A program made the position numbers and the translations under genes. Shown in pieces: positions 1 through 11,487 of a stretch of DNA of 32,000 bases (position 1 is its first letter; every line of letters begins with the position of its first letter). Source of the stretch: Candidatus Vampirococcus lugosii (lineage in GTDB: Bacteria; Patescibacteriota; Gracilibacteria; Absconditabacterales; Absconditicoccaceae); the NCBI RefSeq assembly GCF_018420025.1, contig NZ_JAEDAM010000008.1, forward strand, positions 6,451-38,450. The letters run 5' to 3'. Under the pieces are notes generated by a model. That model saw nothing but the letters and a program-made list of their open reading frames with translations. It ran no database searches and had not been told where the DNA came from.

Positions 1-1413
1 ACATAATCATCAAAGTTCATTTCATATAATTTCAACTTCATTATTATTTAAATTCCTACCATAAACTCTTATTGAAATGTCACCTACATAACCAGATTCA
101 TCAGAATAATTATTATCTTCTAATTTCCTGAAATTAAAACTATCAACATTAATAATAGGTGTTAAATTTGAATAAAATTCTTTAAGTTCTACAAGTGGAT
201 CTTGTATACTATCTCAAACTGTATATGCTAATATATGTAAATCTCTAAATTTTTCTCTAAACTCAGAATAACATACTCAAGATGATTGACAATCAACAGA
301 TTCATTTATAGTTTTTTTAATTATATCTTCATTTAAATATTTTGTTCAACCATCTCAATTACTTTTAATCCAATCATAAATATTTTTTCATATTTCATTA
401 TTTATCTCTTCTTCACTAAGTCATTCAAAAGAATTATTTTCTCTAATTGTTTTAAATAATATATGAGTAAATTCGTTAATTAAAGATATATTTCTTTTAT
501 TAGATGTAGCTGATAATTTACTCACCATTTTTAAGAAATTTTGTCTAGATTCTGTTTCAAAAGAAACATTAATAGGTATATTAAAATATTCTCATTCTTC
601 AACTATATCTCATACAAATATATTAGTTATATCAACATCATCACTAAAGAAATTTGACCAAGAACGTAAAAGATTTGTATCTATATATGGATTACTATCC
701 AAAAAATATTGTCACATTACAACCTCATTAGTATATCAATCATAAGGATGTTCCCAAACATTCAAAGAAGGAAATAAAAAGTTTATTAAAAATTTATTGT
801 ATTGAGATTGAGTCCTTTCATAATTATCTACAATCATATTATTAAAATTCTTTTCTTCTTCATATTTTTCATACAATGAAGAAACTTTTAAATTATTAGT
901 CAATCATACAGAAGCCAATAAAGTATCAATTTTATAAGTTCAAAGACTATAAAGAGAATCTAACTTATTATTTAAATTATCATAATTTGATTTCAAATCA
1001 AACAAAAAATATAACAGAATAAAAGTAGATAATACTCAAACAAACAATAAAGATATAAAGATCATTTTTGGACTTTTAAAATCTATTTGAGAAGAAGTTT
1101 TTTTATTCTTCTTACTTCAATTATCAAAATCATCTCAATTATCAAAATCAGAATCTCAATTATCAAAATCAGAATCTCAATCTCAATCATCAAAATTACT
1201 ATTTCAAGAATTACTTGAATAATTAGATTCAGGTTCCAATTCATCTAAATCTAAATTCACAGAATCTCATAAATCACTATTATCTGTATTTTTAGAATTA
1301 GATTTATTATCATCATTTTTTTTATTATCTCAATCATCGACTTGAAGTTCATCATTCAAATTTATATCTATTTCAAGTTCATTATTTTCCTCATTATTTT
1401 TTTTATCAAACAT
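1..1413 (-). CDS. Hypothetical bitopic membrane protein; C-terminus runs off the window start. Acidic N-tail, one TM helix, coiled coil, globular domain.
   Basis: The table-25 frame from ATG (cat 1411-1413) stays open to position 1. It starts MFDKKNNEENNELEIDINLND, has the TM segment MIFISLLFVGVLSTFILLYFLF, and contains many in-frame TGA. No family recognised. The topology resembles PilN/PilO-type proteins, which is inference only. Confidence 0.55.
1117..1197 (-). repeat. Short coding tandem repeat (18-21 bp units, tcaattatcaaaatca[gaatc]) encoding the D/F/N/G-rich acidic tail
   Basis: tcaattatcaaaatca recurs at 1117, 1135 and 1156, followed by a degenerate copy. It translates on the minus strand as DSDFDNGDSDFDNGDDFDNG. 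Confidence 0.7.
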
Positions 1414-1448
1414 TTTTATATTTTATATATTAATAATTTAAATTTATA

Positions 1449-2723
1449 TTATCTATCAACATCTACAACAAAGTCATATATTTCTCTTTCTACAGATTCT
1501 TGAATAGGAACATCAAAATCAAATGTAGAATTTAATACATTAATTTCATTTTCCTGAACAGTAACAGTTCTATCAGAGACCTCTAATGTATTAAATTTTA
1601 TTTCTTTTCAAACTATAAAGCTAGATGATCTTATAGAATTAATAAGTGTATTTGATATATATATGTGTGGATTTTTAATTCATCTATCAATCATAGATTC
1701 TATATCCTTAGCATAAGTATTAACATCTACCGAAAAAGATATATTACTAGCTCATTCTTCCATACTATTTAAAATTATAGAAAGCTGTGGCAACTCGTCT
1801 AATTCTAATTCTTCATCAATAAGCTTAATAATCTCCTTAAAAGTTTTAGAATCAAACTTATCAATATCTTTATACAAATCATCAAAATCTCAATATCTAT
1901 CACATTTTAAATTTTCATACGGATTTAAATAACAATTAACTAAATAATTTTGAATATCTTGTTCTCATCTATCAATAAAATATTTAAATTTTCTTCCCAA
2001 AAGTGATTTTTTATCCGAAGATTTTCCTATTAATTTTTCCATAAAGTCATCAAAATTATAAAAAACTTTCATAGAAGAATAAAATTTAATAGCTTCTATA
2101 GATAATAAAGCTCTTTGTATTTTAGTATTTTCTAGTATTCAATCAACTTCTTGTGGTAAATATCAATAACTAGCCAAATTATCCCTTTTATTTTCAGTAT
2201 CATCAATAAGATCTTTTATAACAGATACCGAATCTTGCATAAATTTTGATAAAGAATCTCTTTTATCTATATAAGGAGCATTTAAATTTATTTTTTCACT
2301 TATAGATTGATCAAATTGATCAATACTATCAAATTCAGATATTGATTTTAGCTTATCTAATCATACAGTAGAACTTACATTAAAATAATTAATTCAAACT
2401 ATAGAAAAAGCTGAATCTAAATATCAGTATATTTTATCTCTATTTTCTTCAAAAGAATTTATATAATTCATTTTTTCTTGAGAATTATCTTCCAAATTAT
2501 ACTTATAATATAAACTATAAAAATATACTATAGTGGAAACAAAAGCAATCAATAAAATATAAACCACTAAAATACTTGTCATTTTTTTATAAAAAGCTTC
2601 TTTCTTCATTTCCAATTTCTGTTGTTGTAATCTTTGATATTCTTTGCTATCTTCTTCTCAAACTCATTCCAAAAAACTATCAATAACATCTTCTTCTCAA
2701 ATATTACTATTTTTTTTCTTCAT
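1449..2723 (-). CDS. Hypothetical bitopic membrane protein (424 aa) with the same architecture as the upstream neighbour
   Basis: ATG (cat 2721-2723) to TAA (tta 1449-1451) is open under table 25. It absorbs the 63-aa standard-code ORF 2424-2615. TM segment: MTSILVVYILLIAFVSTIVYFYSLYY. The length is divisible by 3. Confidence 0.6.
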
Positions 2724-2756
2724 TTTTTAATAAATTATTTAAATAAATTTAACTCA

Positions 2757-2784
2757 AGTTTAAATATTATTTTTTTTTTGTCAA
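2757..2784 (-). promoter_or_regulatory. Candidate sigma70-type promoter for the 2723 gene (TTGACA-16-TAAACT on the minus strand)
   Basis: The plus strand has tgtcaa at 2779-2784 and agttta at 2757-2762. In AT-rich DNA such matches are common. Confidence 0.3.
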
Positions 2785-2867
2785 ATTTAAGTGAGTTATT
2801 TTTTATAATAAATTAAAAATTAGTTAAAATTTAAAGAAAAAATATATAAAAAATAAAGCTCCTTTAT

Positions 2868-2895
2868 TTGACATTTTTTTTTAGATCTTTATAAT
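2868..2895 (+). promoter_or_regulatory. Consensus sigma70-type promoter for the pilT operon (TTGACA-16-TATAAT)
   Basis: TTGACA lies at 2868-2873 and TATAAT at 2890-2895, about 45 nt upstream of the pilT ATG. Confidence 0.45.
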
Positions 2896-2938
2896 ATCTT
2901 CATATTAATAATTTTTAATTATACATAATTTATATATT

Positions 2939-4057
2939 ATGAAAAGTAGTACAGATAATAAATTTTATAAAATTATTTGAGATCTAATAAAATATGAACT
3001 TTCCGATATTCATATAATTGAAGATAGTGACATATATGTTAGAAAAAATAATTGATCTATAATTTCACTTAAAGATACATCATTAGATGCTGATGAAATT
3101 TATTGATTTTTGAATGATATATTAACTGCTAGTGAAATAGATAATTTAGTAAAATGATCTGAAATAGATGTATCTTATGAATTATCTTGATTTAGATTTA
3201 GAATTAATGCATTTAGATCAAATAAATGAATAAGATTAGCATTGAGAAAAGTTGTTTCTAAACCTCAAGGTATGGAAGAAATATGATTTTCTTCTACAGT
3301 AAAAGAAAGAATATTATCAAAAAATAGTTGATTAATATTAGTTACATGACAGACTTGAAGTTGAAAATCTACATCATTAGCAGCAATTATAAATGATATT
3401 AATGAAAATAAAAATGCACATATTATAACTTTGGAAGATCCTATTGAATATGTTTTTGAAAATAAAAAATCTTTAATAACACAAAGAGAAATTTGAAAAC
3501 ATAGTCATTCTCGGACTAAAGCTATAAAATATAGTTTAAGACAAGATCCTGATATAATTATGGTATGAGAAATGAGAGATTATGAAACTATATCGGCAGT
3601 ATTAACATTAGTAGAAACATGACATCAAGTTTTTAGTACTTTACATACTATGGATTCTATACAAACTATTAGTAGAATAATTGATTCATCTCCTACTAAT
3701 AGACAAAAACAGGTAGCAACTCAACTTAGTTTAGCTTTGGATTTAATAATTTCTCAATGTTTAATTAAATCAAAAACTTGAAAAAATAGAGTTCCTGCTA
3801 GAGAAATATTAATAAATACAAGTTGAATTGCTAACAATATTAGAGAAAATAATCTTCCTCAAATGTTTTGAATTTTGGAAACATCTATGAGACACTGAAT
3901 GAATACATTAGATCAAGATATTGCAAGATTAGTGTCAAAATGAATTATAGATATAAATAATGCATCTCCATATATAAGAAATCTAGAATCTTTTAAAAAT
4001 TTACTTAAATATTACAGTTATAGCAATGAATGATTATGATTTAATCCAATTGATTAA
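2939..4057 (+). CDS. pilT: Type IV pilus retraction ATPase PilT (372 aa)
   Basis: The table-25 translation gives Walker A LILVTGQTGSGKSTSLAA, then ITLEDPIEY, Walker B/Asp box DPDIIMVGEMRD, and His box VETGHQVFSTLHT. The size and the absence of a long N-domain fit PilT rather than PilB. Confidence 0.9.
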
Positions 4058-4796
4058 AGAAAATACTTCTTTGGAAAATATTAATGCTTGAAATTATCTT
4101 TTTGAAGAAAATACATCAAATAATAGTTTGTTCTATATTGAATCTTGAACAGTTTTTTTGGAAAAATGAAATAATACATTATTCTCAATATGAGCTTGAA
4201 ATATAATAGGTGAAAAAAGTTTTATTGAAGAATCTGGTAAACCTATTTCAGCAAAAGCTCAAGATTATATTGAATATTATGAGCTTAAACATTCTGATTT
4301 TATAAATTTTTCATCGGAAATTAAACTTAAGTTTTTTAAAAATTTGTCATTAATGCTTTCCAATAGAATATATAAAATTAATAATATATTAGATAATATA
4401 AAAATTATTAATAAAAAAGTTTTGAATGAAAAATTCTTTGATAATAATTGATTTGTATCAATTTTTGATAAAATAATAGAAATAGATAAATATTTTTTAT
4501 TGAAATATCAAGTAAATTCTAATTCTTATCAAAATATACTTTCAAATAACTTTTTTTCTTTAGATATAGAAGATTTTATAAATTCTTTTTTGGAAAATTG
4601 AAAAGAATTTAAAATATGAGAAAATTATATATTTATGAAATGTGGTGAGTATATATATTTTATCATGTGAGATCTACTTTTGGATAAATACATATTATCT
4701 AATAGTTTATTTTACAATATTCCTATGTTTAAATATTTATGAAGTTTTATAGAAAAAAATCAAGCAGATAAATTTTTAGAATGATTAGAACAATAA
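4026..4796 (+). CDS. Cyclic-nucleotide-binding-like (CAP/Crp beta-barrel) domain protein (256 aa)
   Basis: Sequence NAGNYLFEENTSNNSLFYIESGTVFLEKGNNTLFSIGAGNIIGEKSFIEESGKPISAKAQDYIEYYELKHSDF matches the cNMP-binding barrel pattern (G..lF.eG...lyiv.sG.v.l......l..G...GE.s.....sA.A). The phosphate-binding-cassette Arg appears replaced (KPISA). The gene overlaps the pilT 3' end by 32 nt. Confidence 0.5.
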
Positions 4797-6116
4797 ATGA
4801 CAACTAAAAAGAAAATTTATTTTTTTATATTAACTATATTTGTAATATTCTTTGCTTGGGGGTATTACATTTTTTCTATATTTAATGAAAATAATAAAGA
4901 TTTATCTGCTGATATAAACAATAAAAATCTTTCAAATACTTGAAATATAAATCAAGATATTACATTATCTGATTTATCAAAAAAAAATAATCAAACTAAT
5001 ACAAATAAAGTTTATATACATATGCCAAAATTTTTTTATGAAAGATGATTTGAAATAATTAAAAAACAATTAAAAACAAAAAATATAGAAGTTGAATATG
5101 TACTTTATTGATCTATTTGAGAACTTAATGAATTTGTTTTTGAAAATTGAGAAAATTATGATATAGCATTAGTTCCTGATTCTACTTTTTTGAGTATGTG
5201 AGATAAAATCTTGGATTTTGATTTTTCAAATGCAAATATTAGATCAGCTTTTAATTCAATTTTTTACGATTTATTTGATGAAAATATTAGTATAATACCA
5301 TATTGAATAGATCCTTGAATAAGTATTGTAAGAGACAAAGTATTTTGGAGAAGTTTTGATAATATTGATTTCAAAACTATCAAAAGATATATATTAATTA
5401 ATTGATCCAAGAATAATTTAATAAATTTTGGTTTTGGTAAAGATTTTATATCTTGAACTAAAAGATGAATAGATATAACTTATAATTATTCATCTTTACT
5501 TTTTGATGCATTAAATGCCAGTATTGATAATAATAATTTAGATTATATAGATTTTGCTTTGGAATTATGAAAAGATTGAATTTATAAATGATTTAATCCT
5601 TATTATTTTATTAGAATTTATAAAAGTATAAAATGTGATAATTATTATTCTAGTTTATGTGTATTTTTAAAATGAAAATTAGATATTCATCTATGATATT
5701 TATCAGATATTGATATTTTATCTCAACAATCATCTTTTTCCAAAAAAGATTTTATTGTATACAATTCTCCTTTTCTTAGTGAAGAAAATTATCCAACAAA
5801 ATTGTGGTGATTTGTAATAAATAAAAATTCACAAAATATAAATTGATCAGTTAATTTTATTCAATCTTACATAGATATGTGAACAAAATGAAATAGATTG
5901 TGAAACAATAATATATTGTCAGCTTTTAATTGAGTTTACTCAAAACAAATTGATAAAGAAATTTATAATTGAATTAGAAAATTTGAAAAAAATTTCAAAA
6001 ATAATAATTATAATTACAATATATGAGATTTACTTAATAATAAATTCATAATAGATTATGTTGAATGAGAAATTGCTAATTCTTTATTTTTGGAAAAATT
6101 ATCTAATTATTTTTAA
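4797..6116 (+). CDS. Hypothetical N-terminally membrane-anchored protein with a large extracytoplasmic domain (439 aa)
   Basis: Its ATG directly abuts the upstream TAA (caaTAAATGaca). TM segment: IYFFILTIFVIFFAWGYYIFSIF. The frame is open under table 25 to TAA 6114-6116. A faint resemblance to solute-binding-protein folds is not supportable without a search. Confidence 0.55.
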
Positions 6117-6426
6117 TATTTTTAATTTCTTCTATCAAAGATAAAACTGAATCATATACATTAAAAAAATCTACATTTTTAATATTTTTTTGACTTAATA
6201 TATGATTTATTATTATTTCTTGATTGTTGATTTTTATAATCAAATTATTTTTAATCTTGCTATCTTCTAAATCATCAACTTGATCTTTTGCTAATTCCAA
6301 TGATTTTTTTAAACTTAAGACCTCATTTCTAGTTTTATTTGATTTAAATTTATCATAAGATATTTTGATCATAAAAAAACTAAAAATTATAATCAAAAAG
6401 ACAAAAATATATATTAAATATTCCAT
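6103..6426 (-). CDS. Small TM + coiled-coil protein (107 aa)
   Basis: This ORF is already intact in the standard code. Its N-terminal TM is YLIYIFVFLIIIFSFFMI. Its ATG overlaps the murA stop (TAATG), so it is probably co-translated in the operon. Confidence 0.5.
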   Translation of the reverse strand: MEYLIYIFVFLIIIFSFFMIKISYDKFKSNKTRNEVLSLKKSLELAKDQVDDLEDSKIKNNLIIKINNQEIIINHILSQKNIKNVDFFNVYDSVLSLIEEIKNIKNN

Positions 6427-7646
6427 TATTTTCTGTTAATATCAACTCATAAATTTTTAAGTTTTTCTTGTATCAACTCATATCATCTCAAAATAATTTT
6501 TTCTTCAGTAATATAAGTAGTTCATTGTGCAATTATTCAAGCTAATAACATAGCTCATCATCATCTCAAATCTGTAGTACTTACATATCATCATTTTAAT
6601 TTAGTTTTTCATATTATTATAACTTGATGAGGGTTTAATATCTCTACTTTTGCTCCCAAATTTTCTAATTCTGCCAAATATGTAAATCTTCATTCAAAAA
6701 GTGTTTCATGTATTTTATTAATTCAATTTATTTGAGTCAACAAAACAGCAAATATTGACTGTAAATCTGTAGGAAATCAAGGAAATATTGTAGTTTGAAT
6801 TTTTATATTTTTATAATTTTCAATATTGTAAGAATCAACTATAATAGTTTCATTATCTATTAATTTATAATTAATTCAAATTTCATCAGCCATAGAAAAT
6901 ATAGAATATAATTCATCAACATTACATCATTTAATTTGTATTTGAGAATTTGGAACTGTTGCTCATATAGCAAAAAATGTTCAAGCTTCAATATAATCTC
7001 ATATTATTTTAAAAGATTTATTTTTTATCTTTAATTTTTGTGGTTTAATAGTAAGACTATGATCATGATTTATTTTTATATCAGTTCAAATATTTTTCAA
7101 AAAATCTATAAGATTAATAACATGAGGTTCTATTGCAATTTGTTTTATATTTACTTCATAATCTACATCTTCCAAAAAAGCTATATATGTAAGTAAACTT
7201 TCTGTTGCAGTTACACTAAATTCTTTCAAAATAATTTTTTTATTAGGTTTATTTTGTTTTGTATATTCTTTATATTTTCATTCATTTATTTGAACTCATG
7301 CTTGAATTAATGCATCATCAAATGTTGAAGTAGATCTTTTTCAAATATTACATCATCATGCACTTTCAAATTTTACTTTTCAATAATTAATAAGTCAATA
7401 AGGAATAAGAAGTATACTAGATCTAATTTTTTTTGCTTCAGGTATAGAAAGATCTAACTCTTTTTTATTTTTTGACAAAGATATTATTTTTTCCAAAACA
7501 TTGACATCATCAATTTTAGGTTTATTTTCAAGTTTTATTTGATTATTTATTATTGCATTTGCTGATATTATTGGTAGTGATGCATTTTTACTTCCTGATA
7601 CAGTTATTTGTCATTTCAAATTATTTGACTGTTTTACTACAAACAT
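6426..7646 (-). CDS. murA: UDP-N-acetylglucosamine 1-carboxyvinyltransferase MurA (406 aa)
   Basis: The table-25 translation gives MFVVKQSNNLKGQITVSGSKNASLPIISANAI..., then TDLRGGGAMLLAG, and ends EKIILRGYELIQEKLKNLG. These are classic MurA motifs. Confidence 0.9.
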
Positions 7647-7663
7647 AATATTTTATTTAATTT

Positions 7664-8596
7664 TTATTGTAAATTATTTGTCAATTTATTATAAATTCAT
7701 TTTCAATCAAATTTTACATCTTCCCAAATAAATTCTTCATTTTTTGTTCATATTTTTTCATCTGGAGATATAAATCTTATTTTACAATCTATAATTCATA
7801 TATCCCATAACTGTGATTTAATTCTATCTAAATAATTTTTATTATATATTTGATCAATTATTATAATTAATTCTTCGGTTTTTTGTAAGCTTTCCAATAT
7901 TTCTTGATTTAACTTAAAATTATGATCATGTATACAAAAAACATCATACATTAATCAAGATTCTCTTGCCAAATTTGTAAATTGTATTGTATCTTGAAGC
8001 ATACTTGCTCATACAAGTATTGTTCAATTTTCTCAAACTAATCCAAGTCATGTAAGATTTGATATTTTTCAATAAGGATCTATTCATATTGAATTATCTT
8101 TAGATAAACTACCAGTTATAGTTCTATAAGGCACTCTAATATATTTTTGTCATTTTTTAATAGTATATTCAAAAAATGTTACAAAATCATAATATTCTAA
8201 TATATCAAATTCATAATTTAATAAAGTTGAAATATCATCACTTTCCAATATATCTTTATTTATAGCAGAAGAAACTCAAGCTCATATATTTATTATTGTA
8301 AAATTAATTCAAATTGATTTTGCTTTTTTTATAAAAGGAATAATATAATTTATATTTAATTTATCAATTATAAGTAATATATTATTTGAATCTTCAACCA
8401 AAGAAATTAATTTTCAATTTATAGAAAAGTCATATCAATAATCTTCCAATGTATATATTTGAAATCATTTATATTCGTCAATAATATCTTTATCTATTTT
8501 TTCAAAAATAATAGTATCAAATATTTTTTTTCTACCCAAATTTTTCAATACAAGTCAAGATTGAATATACTTAACTATATTTATCTCATTCATCAT
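7664..8596 (-). CDS. Transketolase/DXS-like C-terminal (Pyr + TK_C) domain protein, tentative (310 aa)
   Basis: The pattern IRVPYRTI...GKISNL...GENGTILVGASMLQDTIQFTNLARESGLMYDVFCIHDHNFKLNQEILESLQKTEELIIIID resembles the C-terminal half of transketolase-family enzymes. Recognition is by pattern only. Confidence 0.4.
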
Positions 8597-8628
8597 AATT
8601 GTTTATTTATAACTTAATAAAAAATATA

Positions 8629-9009
8629 TTATATTCTCATAATTTCATATTCAACTTTTGATTCTTCCAACTTTGATTTTATAGATTTTTCATTCTTATT
8701 CAAGTTAGATTTTCAAGTTTTTATCTCCAAAAAAACTATTTTATTTAAATTTCATTCACTTAATCAATCAAATACAATATAATCAATTCATTTTCATATA
8801 AAAACTAAATCTTTGTAATTATAATTAAATTGAGGTAAAATAGGAGCAATTTTTTCATTTACTTGTCATAATATTACTGATTTAGATCTTCATATAGCAT
8901 CTTTTCTTACAGATTTATTTTTAATCCAAAAATGTATTTTTGCAAACAAATATCAAATTATTAATCATATTATTATTCAAAATAATATAAAAATAAAATC
9001 CTTTTCCAT
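8629..9009 (-). CDS. Membrane-anchored Holliday-junction-resolvase-like endonuclease (COG4741-type), 126 aa
   Basis: An N-terminal TM (FIFILFGIIIGLIIGYLFA) is followed by GKGIDYIVFDGLSEGNLNKIVFLEIKTGKSNLNKNEKSIK. This matches the restriction-endonuclease-like core of the predicted secreted Hjc-related nucleases. Confidence 0.5.
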
Positions 9010-9196
9010 TATTTTATTAGATAATAAAAAAATTAGTAATTACACTATGTAGTATAATTATTATTAAAATAAAATCAATATATTTTGCTTTTTTTGCTTT
9101 TAAAAATTATTTTACTATATATACTTAAATATAATTAAAATATATTATATTTCAACATTATATTTTATTTGAATAGTTTACAAATTTGTATTTTAC

Positions 9197-9226
9197 TTGA
9201 AAATTTTAAAAACATCTTTATATAAT
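9197..9226 (+). promoter_or_regulatory. Candidate promoter for the rhomboid gene (TTGAAA-18-TATAAT)
   Basis: TTGAAA lies at 9197-9202 and TATAAT at 9221-9226, 34 nt upstream of ATG 9260. Confidence 0.3.
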
Positions 9227-9259
9227 TAAATTAATAATTTATAATTATATTAATTAAAA

Positions 9260-9805
9260 ATGGAAAAAGTAATACAATTTATAAAATATAGCATATCTGG
9301 TAAATTAATAATATTTAATTTAATAATTTTTGTATTTATACATTTTTTATTACAAACTAATCCAAATTTGGCATATTATTTATTTTATAATATACCTTGA
9401 TTATTGTCGCCTTGAATTATTTTGTCAAATTTTGCACATAAAGAAATATTTCATATATTAATGAATTTATATTGATTATATTTATTATGACCAATTATAG
9501 AAAGAATTTCAGGTTCTAGAATATATATTAAATTAATAATTTTTTCTATGTTTTTTAATATTTTGTGAGTACAATTTTTTTCAAGTAATTCAACATTATG
9601 ATTTTCTTGAATATTGATGGGGTTTTTGTCTTTTATGTTTTTTAAGTATAAATACGAATTGTGAGCATTTAAAGAACAACTTTGATTTATATTAATATTA
9701 AATATACTTATAGGTTTGATTCCAGGTGTATCTTTAGTTTGACATATTTCATGAGCTTTTTGATGATATATTTATGCAATAATTTTAAATAAACTTTGAA
9801 AATAA
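9260..9805 (+). CDS. Rhomboid family intramembrane serine protease (181 aa)
   Basis: The protein is polytopic. It has HILMNLYGLYLLGP (the H..N motif), the catalytic GFSGILMGF (GxSG), and VGHISGAFGGYIY (catalytic His plus GxxxG). Confidence 0.8.
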
Positions 9806-9840
9806 AATATCAAAACTTTATCAATAAATAAATTACCAAA

Positions 9841-9870
9841 AAAGCATCAACTGTATACAGCTAATGCTTT
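9841..9870. terminator. Bidirectional stem-loop between convergent genes
   Basis: AAAGCAT...ATGCTTT arms enclose the perfect palindrome CTGTATACAG. The hairpin sits between the rhomboid stop (9805) and the stop of the minus-strand small gene (9886). Confidence 0.4.
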
Positions 9871-9885
9871 AATAAAAGTGAATAT

Positions 9886-10062
9886 TTATCATCTATCATT
9901 TTTTCTTAAAAAAAATAGAGAGATAAATATACAGGTTATAAACCAAAAAAAGTTTAAAAGAATGCTTGTGTATATGTCGGTATGTAAGAAATTAATATAT
10001 TGTTTTAGAAATATAAATATAATAATTCCAAACATCCATACAAAAAAAGCTATGTTTTTCAT
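9886..10062 (-). CDS. Small two-TM membrane protein (58 aa; alternative TTG start at 10158 would give 90 aa)
   Basis: MKNIAFFVWMFGIIIFIFLKQYINFLHTDIYTSILLNFFWFITCIFISLFFLRKNDRG. The ATG is preceded by TAGGAGtaaatatc, a Shine-Dalgarno-like sequence that is rare in this window. One TGA precedes the TAA stop. Confidence 0.4.
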
Positions 10063-10309
10063 GATATTTACTCCTATGAAATTGGAGAAAAGTAGTGTAG
10101 TCGCTACTAAATATAGATAGCAACACAAATAATATATTTTAAAATAATAAAAAGTCAATAGATTTTAACTTTTTATTTATTAATAAATTAATTATTTTTC
10201 TTGTTTTAAAATAAAAGTTTGATTTTTATTAAAAATTGTTTAATAATATACTTTAATTTTATTAAATAATTTGATTAAATAAATTTTATTTATTATAAAA
10301 ATATATAAA

Positions 10310-11317
10310 GTGGAAAAAGTATTAGCAATAGAGACTAGTTGTGATGATACATCAGTTGCAATAGTTAATTATGATTGAAAATTTATAAAAACTGAAAAAT
10401 CAGTTTCATATAGTCAAATAAAAGAACATAAAAAATTTGGTTGAGTAGTACCAGAAATAGCATCTAGATTACATAATGAAAAAATAATTGGTATATTGGA
10501 AAGTATATGAAAAGATAATATAGTGAAATGCGATAAAATAGTAGTTACAGCAAATCCGTGATTGCCTTGATCTTTGATAATTGGTAAAACTGTTGCAAAT
10601 ATTTTATGAGAATATTATTGAAAAGAAATTATTTATGAAAATCATATTCATTGACATATATTTTCAATACTTTTGGGTAGAGATATTGATAAAATAAATT
10701 TACCTATTGCAATATTAACAGCTTCTTGATGACACAATGATATTTATATATTATCAAAAAATGATAATAAATTTAATCTGGAACATATATGAATGACATT
10801 AGATGATGCATCATGAGAATGTTTTGATAAATGTGCAAGAATGCTTTGATGACCATATCCTTGATGAGCTTGGATTTCTAAAATTGCAAAAGATTGAAAA
10901 AATGATGATGATTTAAAAATATGACCTATATATTTAAAACAAAATGAATATAAATATAGTTTTTCTTGAATTAAATCAAAAGTTTATTATGCGATAAAAC
11001 AAATAGAAGAAAAATATTGATCTTTATCTGATCAAGATATAAAAAATATAGCATATATGACTCAAGAAGCTATTGTAAAATCTTTATGAAAAAAAATAAT
11101 ACAAGCATGTCTTGAATATGAATGTAAAACATTATCTATAGTATGATGAGTTTCTGCAAATGATAGACTGATTGAATATATTCAAAATAAAACAAAAAAA
11201 TATAATATTGATGTAATTAGACCTATTAAAAAAGAATATAGTACAGATAATGCAGATATGATATGAGCATCTTATTTATGAAAAAAATATTATTTTAATT
11301 TATCTTTAATAAATTAG
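10310..11317 (+). CDS. tsaD: tRNA N6-adenosine threonylcarbamoyltransferase TsaD (335 aa, GTG start)
   Basis: VEKVLAIETSCDDTSVAIV, GVVPEIASRLH, the metal site HIHGH (Gly = TGA 10652-10654), ILTASGGH, and IVGGVSAN. No in-frame ATG lies upstream. Confidence 0.9.
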
Positions 11318-11364
11318 TTCTTAATCTTTTTGTTGATATTATACTGATAATTCTGTTTTTGTCT

Positions 11365-11395
11365 ATTGTTAACAATTTAATATTGTTAACACAAT
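11365..11395. promoter_or_regulatory. Two operator-like ATTGTTAACA sites, 17 bp apart
   Basis: ATTGTTAACAAT at 11365-11376 is a perfect 12-bp palindrome. ATTGTTAACAcAAT lies at 11382-11395. Both are immediately upstream of the -35 box of the mini-gene promoter. Confidence 0.4.
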
Positions 11396-11410
11396 TAATA
11401 TTAAAAACTA

Positions 11411-11438
11411 TTGACTTTAATTGTTTTTTGATTATACA
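11411..11438 (+). promoter_or_regulatory. Promoter of the Cys-rich mini-gene (TTGACT-16-TATACA)
   Basis: TTGACT lies at 11411-11416 and TATACA at 11433-11438. They are followed by a roughly 45-nt leader ending in AAGGGGG (11476-11482), 5 nt before the ATG. Confidence 0.4.
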
Positions 11439-11487
11439 TTTTTTGCTGGAGTGTTTCTTTAACAACCAATTATCAAAGGGGGAAATT

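Noticed and set aside
9878-10120. Plus-strand 80-aa ORF (GTG start) overlapping the small membrane-protein ORF
   Set aside because: It has a basic, low-complexity sequence, a non-ATG start and no SD. The minus-strand frame has an ATG with an AGGAG SD and encodes clean hydrophobic helices. Confidence in either ORF is still modest.
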